This document shows positions 16,750 through 24,000 of a stretch of 25,325 nucleotides of DNA, piece by piece. The DNA comes from a virus (Duplodnaviria; Caudoviricetes): positions 1 to 25,325 of the IMG/VR virus record IMGVR_UViG_3300032239_000357. One strand, given 5' to 3'. Both the position numbers and the translations under genes were made by a program. A model generated the notes under the pieces. It saw nothing but the letters and a program-made list of their open reading frames with translations, did no database searches and had not been told where the DNA came from. Position 1 is the first letter of the stretch, and every line of letters starts with the position of its first letter.

Positions 16750-19700
16750 ATGTCGATAACGCTCTCACAATTAAGTAATACTCAGACCTTTGGTACCTGG
16801 CTATCTAGGACCAACGATATACTAAGCGTTATATCTTCTAACGTCGTTACTGCCGACGCTACTGCCGGCGGGTCAAAGACTACCGGCAACGCCTACGTCA
16901 TCGGTATGTTCGGCGCTAATATTCTATACACCACGACGATAACAGCCGGTAACATCTCTACCAATGGCTCGCTACTTACTATCACGTCTAATACTCAGAT
17001 CAACGCTACAGCCACCATCGGTAACTCAACCGTCAACGTTCAGATCGGATGGCTTGCTGGGAACTCGAGTATTCAGCAGAGCTTCGCGAATGCAAATAAC
17101 TTCGTTCAGAACATAATACAAAACAGTAATACCGGCACTTCTGCTTCGGGTGACTTCGTCGTGTATAGCGACGACACTTCTTATAACTCATTCATCGACA
17201 TGGGTATAAGCAGCTCCAATTGGTCTAATACTACGTGGACAATAAGCGGCGGCAATGACGGTTACCTATACGTAGGTAACGGCGCGCTCGCTATCGGTAC
17301 AAATACTTCTGGAAAGCAGATCGTATTCTTCACTAGTGGATCGCTTGCAGCTAACGAGAGAATGAGGATCGACGGCTCCGGCAACGTAGGTATCGGCAAC
17401 ACTGCTCCGAATGCAAAGCTCGCAGTTACAGGTACTGCAAACGTATCTGCCAACGTCTACATCGGCGGTGCTATCACAGCTGCTAATCTGTTATCAGTGA
17501 CAGGTAACGTAAGCATCGCCAATACGCTGTCGATAGTAGGAAACGCTACTTTCTCTAACTCAGTAGCTATAACCGGTAGTACGACCCACTCAAATACTAT
17601 AACGGTTACCGGTAATACAGTACTATCGAACACACTCGCAGTAACAGGTAATACCACGCTCTCGAACACGCTCGCAGTAACTGGTAGCGCGACACTGTCA
17701 AACACGCTCGCGGTCACCGGCAGCGTTACTCTATCAAATACATTAAACGTAGTCGGAGCAGCCAACCTTCAGTCTTCAGCCAACGTCGGTGGTACTCTCG
17801 GCGTAGTATTCGCTACGACGCTCTCTAATACCCTCAACGTAGTTGGAGCAGCCAACCTTCAGTCTTCAGCCAACGTCGCTGGAACACTCGGTGTCGTCGG
17901 TGCAGTTACTCTATCAAACAACATGCTTATATCCGGCAACGTCGGAATAAGCAACAACTCGTTCCTTGATAATCTCAGAGTAGAGGGTACAGTATCTGCT
18001 CTTACTTCAATAAGGGTAAGTAACTCAAGCGCCAACGCTGTAGTGGCAAACCTATCAGGCATCTATTCTTTCTCTAACTCGATAGGAAATGCGCTAGGAA
18101 ATACTACGGCTCGCTGGATACTAAACGCTAATACTATAAATGCCTCCGGCCTCATAACAGGTACGGCCGGCATCGACATAACAGGCACCGCTAACGCCTC
18201 GACTTCAATGAACGTCGGCGCTAACGTAAACCTAAGCACGTCCAGCATCAACGTCGGTAACAGCACCCAGAACACAGTAGTAACTACTAACCAGCTCGTG
18301 CTGTCCGACAGCACTACGAATACCACTATTACGGGTTCCAGCGTCGCCCTCGGCGGTAGCTCTTATACTGCAGCCCCTTCTCTATGGCTAGCCAATAGTA
18401 TATCGAATACAGTAGTCAGCGCGGCCGCGATAGCCATCGGTAACTCAACGGTCAACAGTATAACTAACTCTTCTTCGTTTGTGATCGCCGGTAATACCAC
18501 TACTCAGGCTACCGCTACTCTGTCAGCTAACACGCTCGTTATAGGTAACAGTACAGTAACTGCAGCGCCTTCTATCACCCTGCAGAACTCTACTACCAAC
18601 TCAGTGCTTACGAGTCTCTCGCTTAATCTCGGCGCCGGCGCGGCGGTAGCTAATACTCTGGGTGTCTACACTACCGGTACAGTAAACGCCTCGTCGCTGA
18701 CGGTAGGTACAGCTACAGTAGCTAACGCACTCGGCGTCTATACTACTACTTCTAATGCCACTACTTTCCAAGCCGGTGCGACCGGTACTGGAACTGGAGG
18801 CCTGTTAGCTAACGCCACCATCGTATATGTCGGTAACAACACTATCAATACGCAGATCAGTTCTGCCGGTCTGAACGTCAATGGATTCGCGATAGTCAAC
18901 ACGACTAACATAGTAGCGAACGGCTTTACTGCTAACTCACTGGGAGCTTACGTCTCCGGTCTAGTCAACGCGGCATCATATAACGTCGGCACCGTCTTTA
19001 CTGCCAACGCGACTATGGCCAATATGGTTTCTCTCGTAGTATCGACCAACACCGCTACTATAGGCACTGCGGCCTATCACGTATCGAATGGAAACTTCGG
19101 CGTCGGCAACTCAACTCCGACAGACAAGACGCGTGTCGAGGGTACGTTCAGCGTGCTTACAGCGATCGCTGTAAGCAATTCAACAGCAAATTCAATCACT
19201 ATCAATGCGAGCGGTATAACTACTAATACAAACGCGAGTATAAACATCGGAGTCGTCGGTACAGCAAACGGTCTGGCTACTAACACATCTCAGATCACGC
19301 TCGGCAATACTACTGTAAATACCGTAATTACGAGCTCTAATATAACTACTAACAGCGCTTATTTCAATAACCTTACGGTCAGCGGCTCTCTTCTCGGTAC
19401 GTATACGTTTGGTGGAAGTATAGTACCTGGCGCTAACAACACGTATGTGCTCGGTAATACTAGTAGCGTGTTTTCTAACGTATTTGTTACAAATACATAT
19501 ACCAACTCAATATCTGCTTTCGGCTCTACAGTAACTATTAACTCTAACGTCACCATGACTGGAAGTTACCTCAGCATCGGTGGTGTAAGTGAGGTATACT
19601 CTAATAGCTTCTCGTTCTCTGGTACTACTGCCGGCGTGGCGAATACAGTCGATACGATGAGTGCGACGGTGTATAGGTCGGCTGAGTATCTAGTACAGAT

Positions 19701-19923
19701 GTCTGATATACCTTCAGTCGGTACTAACACCTACCAGATCTCCAAGCTGCTGGTCGTGCACGACGGCACCTCGGCCTACGTCACTGAGTTCGGATCAATG
19801 GCTACTTCAGCCAATCTAGTAACCTACGCCGCCGACATCAATACCGGTAACGTGCGCCTTCGCGGTACAGCTACTTCGAATACAGTCACAGTCAAGTTCA
19901 TAAGAAAAGCATTAAAGATATAA
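16750..19923 (+). CDS. Long tail-fibre-like virion protein (trimeric beta-helix/beta-spiral shaft)
   Basis: 1057 aa, very rich in N/S/T/G/A/V. N-terminal TQTFGTWLSRTND anchor motif, fibre motif ERMRIDGSGNVGIGNTAPNAKLAVTG, 6/12-aa repeats (VTGNTTLSNTLA), and a C-terminal DT.....YRSAEYLVQ....YQISKLLVVHDGT.AYVTEFG domain seen in T4-like cyanophage fibre/structural proteins. Confidence 0.78.
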   Translation: MSITLSQLSNTQTFGTWLSRTNDILSVISSNVVTADATAGGSKTTGNAYVIGMFGANILYTTTITAGNISTNGSLLTITSNTQINATATIGNSTVNVQIGWLAGNSSIQQSFANANNFVQNIIQNSNTGTSASGDFVVYSDDTSYNSFIDMGISSSNWSNTTWTISGGNDGYLYVGNGALAIGTNTSGKQIVFFTSGSLAANERMRIDGSGNVGIGNTAPNAKLAVTGTANVSANVYIGGAITAANLLSVTGNVSIANTLSIVGNATFSNSVAITGSTTHSNTITVTGNTVLSNTLAVTGNTTLSNTLAVTGSATLSNTLAVTGSVTLSNTLNVVGAANLQSSANVGGTLGVVFATTLSNTLNVVGAANLQSSANVAGTLGVVGAVTLSNNMLISGNVGISNNSFLDNLRVEGTVSALTSIRVSNSSANAVVANLSGIYSFSNSIGNALGNTTARWILNANTINASGLITGTAGIDITGTANASTSMNVGANVNLSTSSINVGNSTQNTVVTTNQLVLSDSTTNTTITGSSVALGGSSYTAAPSLWLANSISNTVVSAAAIAIGNSTVNSITNSSSFVIAGNTTTQATATLSANTLVIGNSTVTAAPSITLQNSTTNSVLTSLSLNLGAGAAVANTLGVYTTGTVNASSLTVGTATVANALGVYTTTSNATTFQAGATGTGTGGLLANATIVYVGNNTINTQISSAGLNVNGFAIVNTTNIVANGFTANSLGAYVSGLVNAASYNVGTVFTANATMANMVSLVVSTNTATIGTAAYHVSNGNFGVGNSTPTDKTRVEGTFSVLTAIAVSNSTANSITINASGITTNTNASINIGVVGTANGLATNTSQITLGNTTVNTVITSSNITTNSAYFNNLTVSGSLLGTYTFGGSIVPGANNTYVLGNTSSVFSNVFVTNTYTNSISAFGSTVTINSNVTMTGSYLSIGGVSEVYSNSFSFSGTTAGVANTVDTMSATVYRSAEYLVQMSDIPSVGTNTYQISKLLVVHDGTSAYVTEFGSMATSANLVTYAADINTGNVRLRGTATSNTVTVKFIRKALKI
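17560..17920 (+). repeat. 36-nt (12-aa) tandem repeats followed by a 90-nt (30-aa) tandem duplication
   Basis: Repeated (A/V)VTG(N/S).TLSNTL units. The 34-nt stretch ggagcagccaaccttcagtcttcagccaacgtcg is identical at 17755 and 17845. Confidence 0.9.
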
Positions 19924-19926
19924 CAG

Positions 19927-20250
19927 ATGTCTTATAAGAAGAATCTAGTAATAGATCAGGGTACCACGTTCTCGGCAGACGTCACGGCAAAAGACGCGTC
20001 TAGTAACGAGATCATGCTCGACGGCTATACAGCCAACGCGCAGATGAGAAAGTGGTACGGTTCCAGCAACTCAGTGACCTTCTCTACGGCCGTCTCTGGT
20101 AACAGCGTTACCCTGTCGCTGAGCGTGGCCAACACCACGGCGATCGAGGCGGGAAGGTACGTCTACGACGTCGTAGTCACCGACGGCGCGAACAATAAGA
20201 TCAGAATAGTAGAAGGAATAGCCACGGTCACTCCAAGAGTCACTGTCTAA
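19927..20250 (+). CDS. Conserved T4-like phage virion protein (single Ig-like/beta-sandwich domain, possible fibre adaptor)
   Basis: 107 aa. NLVIDQGTTFS...L.GYTA.AQMRK.Y.S...F......G.VTLSL....T.AIEAGRYVYDVVV......RIVEGIATVTPRVT is a pattern widespread in T4-like phage tail regions. Confidence 0.75.
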   Translation: MSYKKNLVIDQGTTFSADVTAKDASSNEIMLDGYTANAQMRKWYGSSNSVTFSTAVSGNSVTLSLSVANTTAIEAGRYVYDVVVTDGANNKIRIVEGIATVTPRVTV

Positions 20251-20254
20251 TCGC

Positions 20255-20278
20255 TTTTTTCTTATAAATAAGAAAAAA
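20255..20278. repeat. Perfect 11-bp inverted repeat (2-nt spacer) overlapping the late promoter
   Basis: TTTTTTCTTAT-AA-ATAAGAAAAAA. The two arms are exact reverse complements. Confidence 0.9.
20263..20270 (+). promoter_or_regulatory. T4-type late promoter TATAAATA (gp55 sigma-dependent)
   Basis: Exact consensus in an intergenic gap, 28 nt before the GTG start at 20299, with SD GGGGAG between. Confidence 0.8.
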
Positions 20279-20298
20279 TCCATAGGGGAGAGTGAACC

Positions 20299-20841
20299 GT
20301 GGCAGATAAAGACTTTGTAGTAAAGAACGGCATAGTAGTAAATACTGCCTTCTCGGCTAACAGCACACAGATCACCCTGTCTACAATTAACTCTACCTCC
20401 AATGGAGTATTCGCAAATACTACACTATTTGCGCTCGGCAATTCGTCAGTAAATGCCACCATAAACTCAACCACCACGTCTACAGCCAACTTAGTAGCTA
20501 CCAGCACGGTCACGGCCGGCGCGACTACTGTAGCTAATAGTCTCGGCGTGTTCGCCACTACGGTAAACGCAGCTACCCATCAGGTCGGTACGGCGTTCGT
20601 GGCAAACACCACCGTGCTGAACGCCAACGGCTTGACGGTCAACTCGACTATTACTAAGATCACATCTACTAATACGTCGGGAAACAACGTCTCCGGTGCA
20701 CTTCAGGTCGCTGGTGGTTTGGGTGTCAATGGTAACATATACACATCTGGAAGGGTAGGGTTCGCTAACTCAGCTAACGTAAGTGTCGTGTACACCTACT
20801 ACAACCAGACGACGAACAGCTTAGATACTGTGTTTGGTTGA
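20299..20841 (+). CDS. Short fibre-like virion protein
   Basis: 180 aa, GTG start. N-terminal KDFVVKNGIVV motif is common to T4-like fibre proteins. Shares the ANSLGVFAT.VNAA..VG..FVANTT repeat and the SGALQVAGGLGVNGNIY motif with the 3960 and 16750 proteins. C-terminal YYNQTTNSLDTVFG. Confidence 0.7.
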   Translation: MADKDFVVKNGIVVNTAFSANSTQITLSTINSTSNGVFANTTLFALGNSSVNATINSTTTSTANLVATSTVTAGATTVANSLGVFATTVNAATHQVGTAFVANTTVLNANGLTVNSTITKITSTNTSGNNVSGALQVAGGLGVNGNIYTSGRVGFANSANVSVVYTYYNQTTNSLDTVFG

Positions 20842-20856
20842 TAGTAGGAGATAGCA

Positions 20857-21087
20857 ATGGCGGTTGAGAACTTAGGTGACGGTATAGTCAGGGACGACTT
20901 TACAATATCAAAGAACGGTTATACATACAGGGACGCTATAGTCATGAACAAGGATGACTATAAGAAGCTTACTGCCGCGGAGATCGAGGCAATGAAACAG
21001 TCTAGGTTTGATAACTGGTATAAGATCATCACTACTCCTGCAGAGATTCCGCCCGATCATGATCTACTACCACCGCAAGAGGGGTAA
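20857..21087 (+). CDS. Small hypothetical protein (possible adhesin chaperone/adaptor)
   Basis: 76 aa with strong SD AGGAGA. Charged, helical motif YRDAIV......LTAAEIEAMKQSRFDNW..IITTP. Sits 6 nt upstream of the giant adhesin gene. Confidence 0.7.
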   Translation: MAVENLGDGIVRDDFTISKNGYTYRDAIVMNKDDYKKLTAAEIEAMKQSRFDNWYKIITTPAEIPPDHDLLPPQEG

Positions 21088-21093
21088 TATTAA

Positions 21094-24000
21094 ATGGCAG
21101 ATAGGTACTGGGTCGGCGGTTCTGGAGTCTGGGATGCTAGGAGTACGGCTAACTGGTCGACTACTTCAGGCGGCATACCCGGCGCCTCTGCACCTACTTC
21201 TGTAGACAACGTAATCTTCGACGCTAACAGCAGTCCTGGTAGCTACACAGTCACGTTCGGAGCTTCTTTCGTCGGATCGTTCGCGGCTTCTACTACGAGC
21301 TATGTAGCTCAGGCCTCTGCCGTGTATACCGGAGCGCTGTCGCCCGGCGACGTAGTCTATCAATTTAACAGTACTTCTAACTATACTGTCCAGGCAGTCG
21401 AGTCGGCAGCCGCGTATAGATACACACTTACTAGTACTCAGTCTCTTGCAAGCACTATCTACATCGCCGGTGCACCTTCTTGCCGAGATATGACTGTAGC
21501 CGCTCCTTCTACAGGCACTGTGGCGTTCAGTATAGCAGGCCAAGGAACTTCTATAGCCAACACGTACAGGACGCTATACGTCTACGGCAGCTTTACGCTT
21601 CCGGCTTCTGGCTGTACCTTCGACGTAGGTGCTAGCTATGGAACGTTCACTCTGCAGTTTATGAGCCCGGGTGGCACATATAGTAGAACGCTGACTACAA
21701 ACGGCGTTACTCTTACTCTAGACACTATTCGCTTCTATGACGCATCTACTACTGGTACTACGACTCTTGGCAGCGCCCTTACACTAGTGTCGTACGGTAA
21801 GATAGTCCATGGCACTGGAAATTTTAATACTGGTGGCTGGAACGTAACAACTGGTTATTTTAGTACGTCCGATGGTACAGCTGCAAGGTCTCTAACACTC
21901 GGTACTTCTACTATAACACTACTGGGTAATGATACATCTGGTATTCTTCCTTGGAATGCCGGTACTATTGGAGGCTTGACATTCAGTGGCGCTTCAAGCA
22001 CTATAGTATTCAATGGCACGGGTAGTTTTACATCGACTTATACGTTCAGCGGCGGCGGACTGACTTATGGCACTGTTACTTTTAATTACGGCAGCTCTAA
22101 TAGTGCAATAAACTATATCATAAACGGCACAAATACTTTTACTAATTTTAATGTGACCAGTGCAGCCAGTTCTTACATGGTTAAAGTAAGCCTGGGAGCT
22201 GATCAGACAGTTGCTGGTTCACTCAGTCTCGGAAGCACTGGACTAAATCCTTCAAACAGAGTCTTCGTCTATTCTAGTGTGGCAGGTACTACAAGGACTA
22301 TATTTGCAACTTCTGTCGGCGGTCTCTACAACGTTGACTTCTTAGATATTACTGCTGGAGCAGCTTCTTTTTCTGGAACCAGTCTTGGAAACTGTGGAGG
22401 TAATTCAAATATAACCTTCCCTGCAGCTAAGACAGTATACATAGTATCGTCAAGTACTTCATCTGACGCAGCGACTGCTGTAATATGGGCTACCAGCTCA
22501 GGCGGTTCAACGAGCGCTGCTAACTTCCCTCTGCCTCAAGACACTATCATAATAGATAACAGTACTCAGGCTAGTGCTACTAGTATCAGTAACCTTTATT
22601 TTTATAACTTAGGTACTATAAACGGGTCTTCAAGGACTACCGCTACTACTATATCAATTAATACTGCGTTAAGTACTAATACCTATAACATATTCGGCTC
22701 TTTAATACTTGGTACATACGTAACATTTTCTGGTACTTTTTCTTCATTGAACTTCAACGGTAGATCAGCTTATTCTATAACATGCAACGGTAAGAGTCTA
22801 CCGTTTAGTAATATAGGGATCAACGCTCCGGGTGGAACTTATACGCACACTGATCAGTGTGTAATAACGGGTGGCGCTATAACTGTCTATGCTGGAACGT
22901 ACGACACCGGAAATCAGGCCATGGCTTTTGGTTCGCTGACGACTTCTGGTACAATTACTAGAACTATAAATCTCGGCTCAAGTACTATAGTTCTGTCGAG
23001 TACTAACCCTATAACTATCACATCGGCTACCGGATTGACCTTCAATGCCGGAACCAGTAATATACAAATACAGAGCACAATTCCCGGAACGTTCTCGTTC
23101 GGAGCCCTGACTTATTATAACCTTGAATTTCAGACTTCTTATAATTTTTCTGTCGGTGGATCTGCGACATTTAGCGGAACAGGTGGTGGACCGACTTTCA
23201 ACAACCTTACTATTCGCGGCCGTACTACCGCGGGCGTAAACAGGTTTATATTAACTGGAAACATTACAGTTAACGGTACATTTACCGTGGGTGCGGGTAC
23301 TACTCCGGGTACCAGCAGGACTGTTATGTATGCCAGCACTTATGGATTAACTCAAAGAGTTATCACCGCAGCTGCAGTAAGCTTAGCAGACGTAGACTTC
23401 CTAGGAATAGTCGCTGCCGGCGCTTCCGGCACTTGGACTGGAACCAGACTCGGAGACGGTGGTAGTAACTCAAACATAACTTTCCCTGCAGCTAAGACTG
23501 TATACTACGTAGGAACTACTTCGAGCACCTTCTCTGCCTCTAACTGGGCTACGTCTAGTGGTGGGGCTACATCGAACCTAAACTTCCCCCTACCGCAAGA
23601 CACTATAATAATAGACAACAGCAGTCTAAATACCTCTGCAGTACTTACCTATGATTATTTCTATCTACTTGGAAATCTGGACGCTTCTAGTAGGACTAAT
23701 GCTATAACTATAGCAGCAAATGTTAGTGTGCTAGCAGCAGGAAATATCACGCTCAGCTCCGCAGTCACATTGACTGGAGGAGCTAGTACTGCTTTTATTG
23801 CAGTCGGGCCGACATGTAATCTAACGTCGGCTGGGGTAGTGTTCCCTTCGTACATACTTGTACAGATGCCGACTACTGGAACACTCACACTAGTAGACAG
23901 CCTTACTACTACTAATACGACAAATATTACGCAGCTCGTGAGCGGTACTCTCGACTTAAATGGAAACTCACTTACCTGCATTTCTTTTTCTCTTACAGGT

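Noticed and set aside
17560-17750. CRISPR-like array from 36-nt periodicity
   Set aside because: The units are degenerate, in-frame coding repeats with no constant repeat plus unique spacer structure.
16750-19923. Peptidase S74 intramolecular chaperone at the fibre C-terminus
   Set aside because: The GNVGIG-type motif often co-occurs with S74, but no SD.RLK motif is present at the C-terminus.
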